From assembly GCA_951406725.2 (NCBI GenBank), contig OX597833.1, positions 34,410,001 through 34,474,000 on the forward strand: a stretch of DNA of 64,000 bases, given 5' to 3'. The notes under the pieces were generated by a model, which worked only from the letters and a program-made list of their open reading frames with translations, made no database searches and had not been told where the DNA came from. The position numbers and the translations under genes were made by a program. Source of the DNA: Octopus vulgaris. Lineage: Eukaryota. Positions 38,306 through 51,319 of the stretch are shown piece by piece (the stretch's first letter is position 1; each line of letters opens with the position of its first letter).

Positions 38306-41168
38306 AACCCTGAAGAAGTTAAGGACAGGTTCTATGAGGAACTCGTCTCCCTCATCACGTCAGCCCAGCCTGGGAAGCTCATCCTCCTTGGGGACTTTAA
38401 CGCCCGTGTCGGGACTGACCACCAAGCTTGGCATCGCGTACTGGGAAAGCAAGGAATCGGAAAGTGCAACTACAACGGGCAGCTCCTCCTGCGGGCGTGC
38501 GCCTCTCATGATCTTACCATCGCCAACACCTTGTTCCGTCTGCCAACACGCAACAAGACATCATGGATGCATCCACGCTCCAAACACTGGCATCAGATAG
38601 ATTACGTTATCGTCAGGGCGAAAGACAGGGACGTGAGACTGGTCAAAGCCATGTGTGGAGCTGATTGCTGGACGGACCATCGCCTCATTATCTCCAGGAT
38701 GGATTTCTACATCCAACCTAAGAGAAGACCACAGGGTCAGAAAGTGACGAGGAAGCTTAACATCACGAAATTAAAGAACTAGCTGACTGCACAAGATCTC
38801 CAGTCACGTATGGACAGCAAGCTGTTGGATATTCGGAATGACCAGTCCAGCATCGATGAGCAGTGGGAATCATTCAGGGACACGGTTCATTCCATCGCCC
38901 TTGAAACTCTAGGCTAAGTTACGAGGAACCACCAGGACTGGTTCGACGAAAACGACCAGAAAATCCAAAAGCTCCTGGAAGAGAAACGCCGTCTGCTGCG
39001 GGCCCACCAAAATGACACCACCTGCATGGCAAAGAAGGCTGCTTTCAACAACATTCGCAGCACAGTCCAGGCAAAACTCCGCCTCACGCAAGACGCATGG
39101 TTAAGCGCCAAGGCGGATGAGATTCAGGGATACGCAGACAAACACGATACCAAGAAATTCTACGAGGCGCTGAAAGCTGTCTATGGACCGCAGTCCTCTT
39201 TTGGATCAACCCCCCTACTCAGCTCGGATGGAACCTCACTCCTGACTAACAAGAGGCTTATTCTGGAGAGATGGGCGGAGCATTTCAACATCGTGCTCAA
39301 CCGACCAGCCCAGATCAACGAGGAAGCCATCGCACGACTCCCCCAGGTGCCGACAAACCACGAGCTGGCTGTTCCCCCTGCCGTCGAGGAAGTGAGCAGT
39401 GCCATCAAAAAAATGTCCACCGGCAAAGCTCCAGGCTCTGACGCCATCCCTGCAGAGGTGTTCAAGTCGAGCGGCCCCCACCATGATCAGTCAGCTCACC
39501 AGCCTGTTCCAGTCGATGTGGGACAGGGAACAACTCCCTCGATTTCCGGGACGCAACAATCGTCCACATTTATAAGCGGAAAGGAGATCGGCAGTCCTGC
39601 GACAACCACCGAGGAATCTCCCTCTTGTCCATAGCAGGCAAGATCCTGGCCTGAGTCCTGCTTGACCGCCTTCTGGAACACTTGGAGCAAGGCCTTCTCC
39701 TTGAGAGCCAGTGTGGCTTCCGCGCGGGTCGAGGGACCACTAACATGATATTCGCCGCCCGCCAGCTCCAGGAGAAATGCATGGAGTAGCACCTTGACCT
39801 CTGCATGACCTTTGTTGACCTCACCAGGGCTTTCGATACAGTCAGTCGGGAGGGACTCTGGAAGGTCATGGGAAAATTTGGTTGCCCCAGCAAATTTATT
39901 GCAATTGTCCGCCAGTTCCACGACGGAATGACAGCCAGAGTCCTTGAAGACGGCAACTCATCTGAAGTCTTCCAGGTGACCAACGGAGTCAGGCAGGGCT
40001 GTGTCCTGGCCCCAACACTGTTCAGCATCATGTTCTCGGCAATGCTGTCCGACGCCTTCAGGGACTGCAAGTCCGGTATCGACATCAAGTACAGGACGGA
40101 CGGGGATTTTTTCAACTCCAGAAGATTGCAGGCCGTCACAAAGGTGAGGGAGACAGTCGTCAGAGACTTTCTCTTTGCTGACGACTGCGCCCTTAACGCA
40201 ATCGATGAGCAGGAGATGCAGCTCGGGATGGACAGGTTCTCATCAGCCTGTGACAACTTCGGTCTCACCATCAGTGCCAAGAAAACCGAAGTGATGTTTC
40301 AGCCAGCCCCCGGCAAGCAATACCATGAGCCTCAGCTAAAGGTGAACGGACGGATCCTACGAGCGGTGGAAAACTTCACCTACCTGGGCAGCACTCTCTC
40401 CTGCAATGCCAACATAGATGCTGAAATCATCAACAGAATCTCCAAGGCAAGCAGCGCGTTTGGGAGACTGCGAAAGAAAGTCTGGGAGCGGAGAGGAATC
40501 AGCCTCAACACCAAGCTGAAAGTCTACCGGGCAGTCGTGCTTACCACCCTACTATACGGCTGCGAGACGTGGACTGCTTACCGAAGGCACGAGCGCCAGA
40601 TAAACCACTTCCACCTCAGGTGTCTTCGGAACCTCCTTCACATCCGCTGGCAGGACAAAGTCCCAGACACGGAAGTTCTGAAGCAGGCAGATCTCCCTAG
40701 CACCATCACGATCATGCGCAAGGCCCAGCTGAGATGGGCAGGCCACGTCTCCCGCATGTCCGACACTCGCATCCCAAAACAGCTCTTCTACGGTGAACTC
40801 AGCCAGGGCAAACGCAAAGTTGGAGGGCAGAAGAAGCGCTTCAAAGACAGTCTCAAAGTCTCTCTCAAAGACTTCTCCATCGGCACAGAGACTTGGGAGA
40901 CACTTGCTGCCGACCGCTCATCCTGGCGCAGCGCAATCACCACAGGAGCAAAGACAGCCGAGGAGAGACGGATTCAGTCAGCAGAACAGAAACGCCAGAT
41001 GCGGAAAGCCAGAGCCACCTGCACCAATAGCACAGCCCCTACCCACTTCTGCCCCACCTGTGGGTGGGGCTTTCTTGCCCGGATTGGCCTAACCAGCCAC
41101 CTCCGGTCTCATAGCAGCAATTCCACCAAATGATGTCAATGGTCATCTTCGAACCCGAAGGACGAACA
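38306..41168 (+). mobile_element. RTE/BovB-like LINE main body (APE C-terminus, RT, C-terminal C2H2), lightly disrupted
   Basis: NPEEVKDRFYEEL...LGDFNARVG...IDYVIV...TDHRL; KAPGSDAIPAEVFK; FVDLTRAFDTV; GVRQGCVLAPTLF; FLFADDC; CPTCGWGFLARIGLTSHLRSH; ends in (TA)n; few stops and frameshifts; markedly GC-richer than the flanks. Confidence 0.95.
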
Positions 41169-43279
41169 TTATATATATATATATATATATATATAAGATA
41201 AAGATATAATCATAAAAAATGATTATATCAGTGGCCTAGCATATAAAAATGACCGCATAGGTAACATTAATTTTTTTACGTATATAATTATTAAAAATAT
41301 AATTATAGTTAAGGGCTACTGGAAATGACCATCGCCAATGCTAGAAGTAGATATCAAATACCGTCAATCCACTCTAAAATTTAAGAGTGTCCTCCCCGCC
41401 ACCACCATCGCTTGACAACTAATGTTGTTGTGTTTACATCCCCGTTATTTAGCGGTTCAGCAAAAAATATCGATAGAATAAGTCCCAGGCTTACAAAGAA
41501 TAAGTTTAGGGGTCGATTCTTTGACTAAAAGGCGGTGCTCCAGCATGGTCGTAGTCAAAAATGACTGAAACAAGTAAAAGAATTTTGGAGAGAAAGTAGC
41601 AATAAAATACTTACGGACCTTTATAGAAATTTTTTTAATTCGGGAGAGGGGGGTAGTTTTCGTTAATTTGTTGCCTTTTCTCTTTAGTATTATTTAAATA
41701 TTTTTCACCGTTTCAAGTTTTCATTTCTTATTGTCCAACCAAGTGTCTTTTCTCCTTTCTCCTTCACACTTACCCGTTTATCAAATAACATTTCAGTGCA
41801 GATGGAAGAAGTTGCTGGTACTGGGAAGAGATACTGTAATTACCGTTGTTTATCAGTTTAATCGGGTATCACCAAGCTAGGGATAAACCGTGATGGACGC
41901 ATTACGCTATTTCACTCTATATGTCAAGCTGAATGATATCTAAATTGGTCGAGACAAATTCAAGGATTGCTGGTAGTCATACAGCCGTTGGGCTGTTATA
42001 GGAGTGAACTTGTTATTGTATACTTCACAGATCAGTCCTGACAACCATCCTGTATATCTAAGATTAAATTGTCTAATGTGTACTTCCCTTTTGGGGGAAA
42101 TTCGGCAACTATCTCTAGCAGGTTGTGCGACCGCAGAAAGGCGTTCTCGTTGACTCAATAGGAATGAAATCTTTGACCTAGATGACCAGTATGATACTCG
42201 GTTTATTCCAGATGATACTAATGCTCGTCTCTAAGTTAGGGGAAGAGTAGGCGGGCTAGTTGGCCATATGTTCTTAACAATGATTATTGAAATACTTAAT
42301 GAGCAGTTTCGATGAGGCTTACACGTCACATCTGGCCTGAGCTTATTACAAATTGAAATGGGCCCTACATTTCACATCTGGCCTCAGTCTATTACTAGCT
42401 TTGCACAGACCTGTTTGTGTCACTGGTTTAACGGGATAAAAGGGTGCGTTGATGGATAAAGCTGGTCTGAGTTTCAATATACGTGTTTGTGTGTGTGTGT
42501 GTGTGTAGATAAAGGAAGAAACAAAACTAAGATGGTAAAATGCGACGATTAATTCAACCCGTTAAAGAACTTTAATACAGCAAAGCTGTTGAGATACATC
42601 TTGAAAGAACGGTCACACAAAGGTTTCACATGCAATTGTATGCTGGATAGAACAGGAAAAACAAATACGAGACATAACTTCTACTGGAAGACAGGAACAA
42701 ACGTATGCCTCAAAAGATGCCTGTGAAAATAAACTTGCTCTCTGCCGAAGATCCTGTAGTGGATCTTGCATGCATGAAGTGGATTCGATCAACCATAGTC
42801 AAATTTTTAAAAACACTGCAATGGAACTTTTCCCACGGTGGAACAATGGTTTTTCTCTGACAGCAGTTTTACATTAGCTAGGTCAAAATAATGTCTTCCC
42901 CACTTGACCCTTTCTAACCTCTTCTACTCCCCAAAAGCTAGAATAGAGATAACAAGACCACCAACTAAATATATTGTTCTCAATGATATATCTATCCTTC
43001 TGGATAGTTATAAAAGCAAGAGCACCCCAAGCAAAAATCAGTCGATGACGACTCATCTAGTTAGTCACGTCGGTGACAACGAAGTCTGGCTGACCAGCTA
43101 AAACCTTGATCAGAGGGAAAAACGAAGTTTACTGTCAGTAACGCTCTCTAGCTCTACTTCTGTTCTCTTACAGCATCATTCTGTCTTTCTCTGTAATTAC
43201 TACTAAACAATGAAGAGAACACAAAACACAAACTTCGCATGCTTTTGGATTTATCAACCTGCCCGTCGAGGCAAGGTAT

Positions 43280-43490
43280 TGTAACGTAAAAGTAAATAAA
43301 TATTTCCTTAAAACTTCATGCATTGTCCACCTTTCACATCCTACAGTATGCAATTATAAAAACAAATTTTCATCGTTACAACTGTTGACTCCGACATTTC
43401 ATATTATTGTGTACCTCAACAATCTTAACCTTTACAATTGGTAACTACACTAATAAAAACTTGACCGTAACAATTGGTGACCCTCGACTT
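43280..43490 (+). mobile_element. Probable short Gypsy LTR followed by a tRNA-Trp primer-binding site
   Basis: TGTAAC (43280) ... AATAAA ... GTAACA (43472), then TGGTGACCCTCGAC at 43475; no internal coding region recognised. Confidence 0.5.
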
Positions 43491-44560
43491 CAACTAAAAA
43501 CTATCGTTACAATCCAAACTCGATTGTGCACACCCACCTCACTAAAGAAATAGAGGGAAAAGTTTCTTTATTTTTGCTGACTGTAAGCTCCCTGTGGACA
43601 GACATAAATTTCCTGCGTTCGGTTGGTCTGTCACGCGAAGCTAGAGGGACTCGACTATCACGTGACCAGATCGTGTAACCACTTGTAGAAAACACAACGT
43701 ACGAGCCGATATACGCCTATCTAAGCTTAAACAATCAAACTGTAAGCATATGCTTGCTACACTGGTATTGTTGGCAGTGTATAACTTTGTTCCTTTTTTA
43801 CGAAGATCTTCAACCATTTGAAGTCTGAAATCTAAGTAAAAGTTGTGGCATAGTCGAGAAGAAAGCTTATCTTATGTATATGAATATAATTTATAGCTAC
43901 ATTAACACAGAAAATGCAATGAAAGAAAAGGAATATTCAGATGAATTGACGCACATTACAAGTTCAAGAAATCTTCGTTGGAAAGTCAACGTTCGGGATA
44001 GTTTTTTACCCATCAATACGTACAGTCTTGTTACCCTGTTATCATGGTGTGTTTCTGTATCTATCGCGCCAGGTTGAATACGTAGCCGTAAAAACAGCTA
44101 TGAAGCGAGAAGGGGATAAAACAGAGTTGTAATTAGTAATTAGGTTGTTTATTCTTTAATTAGAATTAATTGCCGAGTTGTGGTTTCGTACCTATGCAGA
44201 TATCTTGCAGCGTGTTATGTAAATATATATAAAGGGCTGGTGTTTCTTTGTGTTAAATGAACAAGATAAATTTCCCAGTAGATAAGATGTCAAATCTGTC
44301 ACAGATAACATTTTAAGATATATATTCTCAACAGTTAGGTTAATTGAAGTATGTAGAAGTATATTGATTAAGTGCATAAGAACATGCCTGCTCGAAATCT
44401 GATATCAACATAAGAGCTGATAAGTAAATGTTGCAATTTAAGAGTCGGGGCTGGTGGTGGTTTACATCAGCAAAAATTGCTTCAATGGAGTCTAAAAGTT
44501 TTAATGACCCATAAAGAGAAAAGAATTCTTAATGTTTCGACCGTGACATTTTATATGCTA

Positions 44561-45359
44561 CTAGCAGCATAGCCCGGCGCTGCCCGGGTATGTAAGAGCC
44601 CCTAGTAGGCAACGACTAATCCCAATCTAGTCCTTTCCCTCTAGGGAACGAAGGCGCATGTGTAGGTTGCAATGTCTTCTCTTCACTCCCATATAACTAT
44701 CAAACAGCTATCGATAATTCAACCCAACCAATTCCTACCAGGAAGAAATTACATTCGAGACTTTACCCCCAACACCGCCACTTCTGCTAATAGCTGCTGC
44801 AGCCGCAAGTTATTCGAATACTATTTTTGTTTACACTTTCTTTATAACTACCACCCCAAACGTTTTACCTCAAATTTTTGATGTACCCTAAGGGTCCTCG
44901 GACGCTACTTGCAAACTCTTGGTTTATTATAAACCGCTTTTGTCGTGTGCATCAAAAAACCTTTTCCATTCGTTTGTTCAGTTTGGTCACTTTTGACTTT
45001 TTCGTTGTTGTCACTCACATTGCTGCCCGCTTTTTTGCCGTTTTTGTACATTTTTATACATTTTGGGATACTTACCCCACGTGTTCCGAGAGTTAAAAAA
45101 GTCGAGTTGCGTCCCCTAGACAGTCTGTAGAAAATGTGTTGCATATAAAAAGTTTAGATTCTCGACCCATGTCGAATTTATCGATTTGTTTTCAGAACTG
45201 GGGGAACTTTTCAAAATTTTCGCTGCGTTAGTTTTGAATTATGACATTGGGCTACGTGTGTGTCAAGTTTCACCAGAATCGGTTGAAAGCCGTGGTCAGG
45301 GTGATGGTACAACCTGACAGACACACAGACAGTCAAACTACCGTTTATATATAGAGAGA
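44561..45359 (-). mobile_element. Non-autonomous Helitron, copy 2 (799 bp)
   Basis: Minus strand starts TC (45359-45358) and ends with hairpin CCCGGgcagcgCCGGG plus CTAG (44564-44561); inserted between A (44560) and T (45360) with no TSD, the canonical Helitron signature. Confidence 0.88.
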
Positions 45360-48329
45360 TATTTTTAAATGATTTTTTGTGCGTTGCGTCCCTGCAAGGT
45401 ACCTAGCCATAGGTGAGAGGTAATGTGTATCAATTAATTTTTTTTTTAACTGAGCTAACACTGGTATCTTACCCTAAGGAAGATTTTTATTTCTCACTTC
45501 CATAAACCTGCAGAAACTGAAAGTAAACACGAAATCTGGTGAGGTGTGTGACTTGTGAAAGAAATAGTTAAATAGCTATTTAAGAAATAGTTAAATTGGT
45601 CTTGTGACTCATAAAAAGCCTTTTGTTGTAATGGTTGATTTGTTCCATTTGGTGTCCTTGTGATAAATGTATTTTTAACCAATTCATGATTATGGTGATG
45701 ACAACGACGTGTGTGAGTGAAGAAGAAGAGATATAACGACGGTTTCTAATTTTTGTATAGGGCCAGCAGTTTGGAGGAGAAGATATTAGTCGATACTAGC
45801 GACCCCGGTACTTGACTGGCATTGTATTTTACCAGCCCCAAAAGAATGAGATGCAATGTCAACCTCGGTGGGATTTGAACTCAGAACATTAAAAAAAAAC
45901 TAGAACTAATACTGTAGAATATTTTCTCCGATGCTCTAACGATTCTGTTAGTTCATAGTCTTTCAATAATGAAGACACCAAACTTTCGCGCATAATATAA
46001 AACCATACCCTCTATACTAATACACACTCAACTCATGCAGATGCACGCACGCAAACGATACTTTATCAAATTTCTAAATCAATTTACACTCCTTGATTCA
46101 CAAGTCTATTTTATATTTAAAGCATTAAACATATAGATATATAAATGCAAGAGCATGCAACGAAATACACATTTAAAGATGAATAATAAATCTGAAGAGA
46201 TACAGGCAGAGATAACAGTAGATACAATTTGCAAAACAGCAGTAGCAGCAAAGTAACAGCAAGCGCAACGACAGCAGCACAGAAAGAAAATTTGAGGATA
46301 ATAACTGTGTTAAAAATAGGCATATAGCCTTAGGCAAGTATAGCTAAGTGTCTCGCCAAGGGACAGGGGACAAGAAACAACGATTTCTTAATTAGGAACG
46401 AAGCCTTTTGCAAGCAGAGAGAGAGAGAGAGGGGTGGGGGAGGGAGAAAGAGAGTTGCGTTTTGCCGACGGACATAAGTTTGCTTGCCAGCAGGATGCAA
46501 TCTCTCGAGACAAATGAGACAGGAGTGGTGCTACGTCTTCCACTTAAAGTCATTCTGGAGCCTTCTCACAATTAAAAATAGCAGCAGCAGCAACGACAAC
46601 AGTAACAATAGCAATAATAAAAACTATAACAGATGGAGCAATAAGCAACAGCATTAACACCAAACTTCAAGAAGAAGAAAAAATCTAAGAAATGAAGTAA
46701 CATTAAGACACTAGATAGAAACATGATCACACATGGAGACAGACAGACAGACAGACACATACACACACACACACACACATTGTGTGTGTATATATATATA
46801 TATATTCATACATGCATATATAGGATTTAGTGAACTTGTAGTTGAATGTGCCTGAGTATCACCTTTTAGCGAGGGATGTCGCTAATAAAAACGTCAACAC
46901 TTTAATAATTGGACTAAATCATTAATCCAGCTGTGAAATGTCTCTGGTGCAGTGACAACAACACCGTGTGTGAGCAACTTCGTGTCCAGGGTTTTATTCA
47001 GATGCGTAACAAACGAACTCATACATGAAGTTATCTGGTATGAAGAAAAAGGTTCTGAACATCTTGCCATGTTCCACAATGACAATGATAAAATAGAAGG
47101 AATTCAGACTGCAAAATTTAGTTTCAGACAGGCACTAGGCGTAGAATACCATAGCGAGTTGCTGATAGGAAAGGATATCGAAATCTGTGTGCTTGCTTTC
47201 TCTCCGAAGTTGACCTTGTCGTGTCGTAGAGAAAAAGAGGGAAAGTTCAATTGGAATACGCTCTTAAGTAGGCAATCTGCTTCTAACGCCCTCCTGTGAA
47301 TCGTTTTGTAGTTACGCCTTGTATACTAGCAAAGCGGAAGCTAACCAAGTTCGCTTGGGGTGTTCTGGAACATGCGACAGGGAAAATAACTGTCGTTGAC
47401 TCCCAAAGGATATTTTGCGGGTTACGAACCTGCATCAATTAACGTTGCCTACATTACCCTCCCCCAGACCGAAAGGAATGAAAAGGTTGAACAGGCAAGG
47501 AGTTAAACTGTAGGTAATGAAACAAGTGATAGCCCGTGTTACACAAGGAGGAGCAGAGACACAAAGAGCGGGTAAAATGGATAAATCATGGAAGATGGCA
47601 AAATGTAAACAATGCATGCAAACACAAGATATGCGAATAAAAGAATAGGAACATGTAAAAACAAATGCATATAACATACGAAATACATGTTGTAAAATGT
47701 GCAAAAAGAAATTGCAGCAAAACAGTTTGTTAAATTGTACAGTTTGTTCAAAACAGGTGGTGTATCAACAGGCACAGTTTATGCTAATACGAAAAGAGGA
47801 TTAAATATAGATAGCTTTGGACAGTTTATGGGGCCAAGTTACTGTTCCACCATTTCGTATGATATAAGGTGAAGTGGAATGTAATGTTTGCGAATGTTGT
47901 TTGGAAGCATGTAAAGTTGTTTGAGGTTTAAGTTGCTGTTGGAGTGAGTGTGTCGGGTAGTGAAAGAAGACTTTCAGAGAAAGCCTTCATTACTCTGTCA
48001 ATAGATACAGTCTCTTTCCGACCGTAAATGCACACGGTCAAAAGTTTTGCTGTATGTGAAAACACACAGAAAAGGCCTGAGTAGGGCGGTGTGTAGGCGC
48101 AGTTACCCTCTTTGACAGCGGGTTTAAACGCTGGCACCAGATGGGGCTAGAGCGTGAGATTCTGACACGAGGCTTTAGGACTTTCTCTTTTCTTGCCAAG
48201 ACGTCGGACAGTAAAGACGTGATCTACTCTCTCTCTCACTCCACACGCCAGCTAGCAGATAGGTGCTAACGCATAGGAGAATATCATGGCCTCCACGCAT
48301 CAAACGATTTTAATTTATAATTCAGCTTG

Positions 48330-49766
48330 TGTATGTACGTGTGGCCACATTAAAAGTATATAAAGGTACCATCTTGTTTCATGTATTTCCTTATATCGTG
48401 TTCCTGTCAAATGAGATTACAGCCTTCTGAGTAGAGTCACATTAGGTGGCTTCACAACCTTATCCGTCTAAAATGGTGACCCCCGACGTAATATGGACAC
48501 CTCACCATCTAAAATGGTGACCCGACGTTCCAGACCACTATCACTATCTAAAATGGTGACCCAGCGTTCTAGATCACTATCACCATCTAAAATGGTGACC
48601 CGACGTGAATACATCACTACCACCATCTAGAATGGTGACTCCCGACGTTCTAGGCCACTATCACCATCTAAAATGCTGACCCGACGTTCCAGACCACTAA
48701 ACTAACTAAAACGATGACTCGACGCAGCACACACCATAATTCCTTCTAAAATGGTGAACCCCGGACGAATTCTGACAGTGAATACGTATTCCTCCTTCTC
48801 CTTCGCGACTTCGTTTACGCAACCAGACCGCCACTCATCGCATATAGGAACATACCACTGATGTCCCTCGTCGCCATATTGTCTTCTTCACCAGAACATT
48901 TTGGCGCCATTTTCAAGCTGGAAAGTGCAAATCATTTTTCGTCGGGTTGTAACGGAATTTACAACTTGTTCCTTTGGTGACACAGCGTCCTGTAAAAAAA
49001 TATCCGGAATTTTCTCCAGAATTCACAAAGACAACAAAATTTTCCTACGTGCCTGGTATGAGTTTCTTTCTCTCAACCAGCCGGATTATCCACGTGTTGG
49101 CTATGTTCAATTCTTTATCCGTTAACAAGGACTTCTATTTTCATCCTCTGCTACTGAAAAAAAATGTCCTAGTTCGCTGCTCATCGGGTTTTCTTTCAAC
49201 TAGGGTATTTGGCTGCTATTTCTAATGGCGTGTCTTCCAACTAGCTTGTTCTTCGTGACGTTCCGTTTTTCTATTATCGTCCAAAATGAATCCATTTCCT
49301 TTGCCTCAATGCTCTTCTTCGTCCTCCTCTCGAGCTGGTATTTCTTCTGCTCCAGACGACACGCAATCCTCCGCAATCTTGCGGGCCATTGTAGAGGTGA
49401 CCCGTCAAATCGCACACATGTACAGAGACCGTTCATTTTCACGAAATCATTCTGAAGGGAGAACCAGACGTCGCTCCTTTAGGCACGGACACGCGCCTCT
49501 TGTTTCAATTTGCTGGTACCACAGGAAGACACGTCATCATCATCATCCGCTGTTTAGTTTTAGAGCAATCTGTCAACAGCCGAAGCCAGCCATTAGCCTT
49601 CTTCTCTCGCCAGCTGAAAAATGCTAAATTGAGATACAGTGTGTTTGGTAAAGAACTTTTAGCAATTTATCTGGCGGTGAAGCATTTCTTTTATCTTCTC
49701 GAAGGTAGAGATTTTACGATTTTCACCGACCACAAACCGCTAACGTTCGCTCTCTTTGCCGACTAG
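48330..49766 (+). mobile_element. Internally deleted CsRn1-like Gypsy element (LTR-like end, PBS array, gag remnant, RNase H)
   Basis: PBS TGGTGACCCCCGACG at 48474; gag knuckle ICWYHRK; RNase H QPLAFFSRQL...RYSVFGKELLAIYLAVKHF...LEGRDFTIFTDHKPLTFAL at about 49550-49766. Confidence 0.8.
48467..48767 (+). repeat. Tandem array of 8 units of 38-41 bp, each with a tRNA-Trp PBS-like motif
   Basis: tctaaaaTGGTGACCCGACG motif or variant starting at 48474, 48515, 48554, 48593, 48633, 48674, 48712 and 48752. Confidence 0.9.
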
Positions 49767-50329
49767 TGCCCACATTTGACCAGGAAGCGTTAAAGTGGTA
49801 CCGTACAAGAGTTCGGTCGAGGAGTAGCCCAAATCCGCCTTAACCAGCGGACCGGTAACCTAGGAGAACGACAGGAAGAAATTCGGTCCATCGTTGTGGA
49901 TCTGGAGTTGCGCGAAGCACAGGTTTTAACTGCCTATGCAATCTCTCCACCATTCCATTTGTATGGATGTATTGTACACCATGTAGCGTTGCCTACAAAC
50001 TTATAGCTTCATAGGACCCACAAACATAAAGTGGCACTTCATGTTCAAGGCTCCGATGAAGCTATAAGCAGTTACTCAAACACTCAACTATGAGCCCACT
50101 GCATCTTATAGTGAAAAGAGCTGAAAGTTGTTCATATGATAATCGTTTATTCCTTTGTCATCTCTGTTTCTTATTACCTCTCTGTACTAGTCGAATGCTT
50201 CGTTCTGAAGCATACGCATATTGGGTCCTATACCAAGTTATTAGTATCGCAATGCCTAAGCGAAATATATAGATATATTCAAGTAAAGAGATTTTTGACG
50301 ATGTTGCCCTGCACTACAATGTAGCCGTG

Positions 50330-50915
50330 GCTGCCATCAGTTTTAAAAACAGAAATATTTATAGTGCAAAATCTTATCCATCCAAGAAAAACGCCACCGG
50401 AAAGTGTTGTGGTTCACATCCACTTTTTAAGCGTAAAACTTTTTGCTGTAGGATTTTTCTTTGCTTAGTAGTTAAACATTTCGTTGTTACGAATAGTTTC
50501 AGTAAAAGTTTTAATAGGCACATTTTAAGAATTTCCTTTAGCTGTGCACTTAGTATAAAAAACATATTAGTAGATTAGCCCAGACTTGAGAACAAGGTAG
50601 GCTGCTCAAGCACAGGTAACACCATATGTCTCCTTAATGGCCATCGTAACACTGAATAGTTGTATATGAGACAGAGATAACATCAAAAGGCTCAAATAGG
50701 AAACCAGATATGCGGAAGTATGTGAGAGCGGTAGAAGGTCCGTTTAAGACTATATTCAATGACTATAAATCCGTTTTAAAAATCCCGGCGAGACGAAATG
50801 TCACAGCCCTCACCAGGCACTTATGGGTGTTAAGGCAAAGTGCTATGGAGTACAGCATAAAGTGGAAAATCTTAGAGAAGTGCTGGGCTTATTTTAATAG
50901 CAGTAAAAAATGCAG
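50330..50915 (+). mobile_element. Degenerate Penelope-like element (RT-thumb linker plus GIY-YIG), different subfamily from 35005
   Basis: HPLF...IFLCLVVKHF...SKSFNRHILRISFSC; CLLNG; YVRAVEGPFKTIFNDYKSVL...TALTRHLWVLRQ...IKWKILEKC.AY...KKC. Confidence 0.65.
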
Positions 50916-51319
50916 TGACAAACGAAATATACACCGCCGATAGTTGTTGTTGACAAACAACGGCAGTAATTTTATTCAGCTGAATACACGTCATTGATTG
51001 GTTGAAATTACCGAAATACAACTTCGTAAATATAAACTTTTCTCAAAAACGCTAAGAGTAAAAGTTGTTTTATATGACACATTCTACCAGTATACGAAGT
51101 TTGAAAGTGTTTTGTTACAAAAAATTATTTTCTAAATCTGCCGGTCAAAATATAAAGATTCTATTATTATTATTATTACATTAAATTCTGATATAATCGT
51201 AATCTACTCCTTCTGAATGGTATTTGTAGAAATTTTTATTGAAAAAATACTCATTTTTCTGAAAGTTACAAGGAAACAAATTTGACTCGTGTGAATTATC
51301 CGAAATACCACCCGGTATT

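Noticed and set aside
39496-40280. Long antisense ORFs (141 and 236 aa)
   Set aside because: Shadow frames of the GC-rich RTE reverse transcriptase.
46894-48200. Possible further LTR-element gag or leader on the minus strand (TGGTGCCAGCG PBS-like near 48130)
   Set aside because: No diagnostic protein motif or paired LTR could be identified by eye.
48467-48767. CRISPR-like repeat-spacer array
   Set aside because: The intervening sequences are related to each other, the core matches a tRNA-Trp PBS within a Gypsy remnant, the context is eukaryotic and no cas genes are present.
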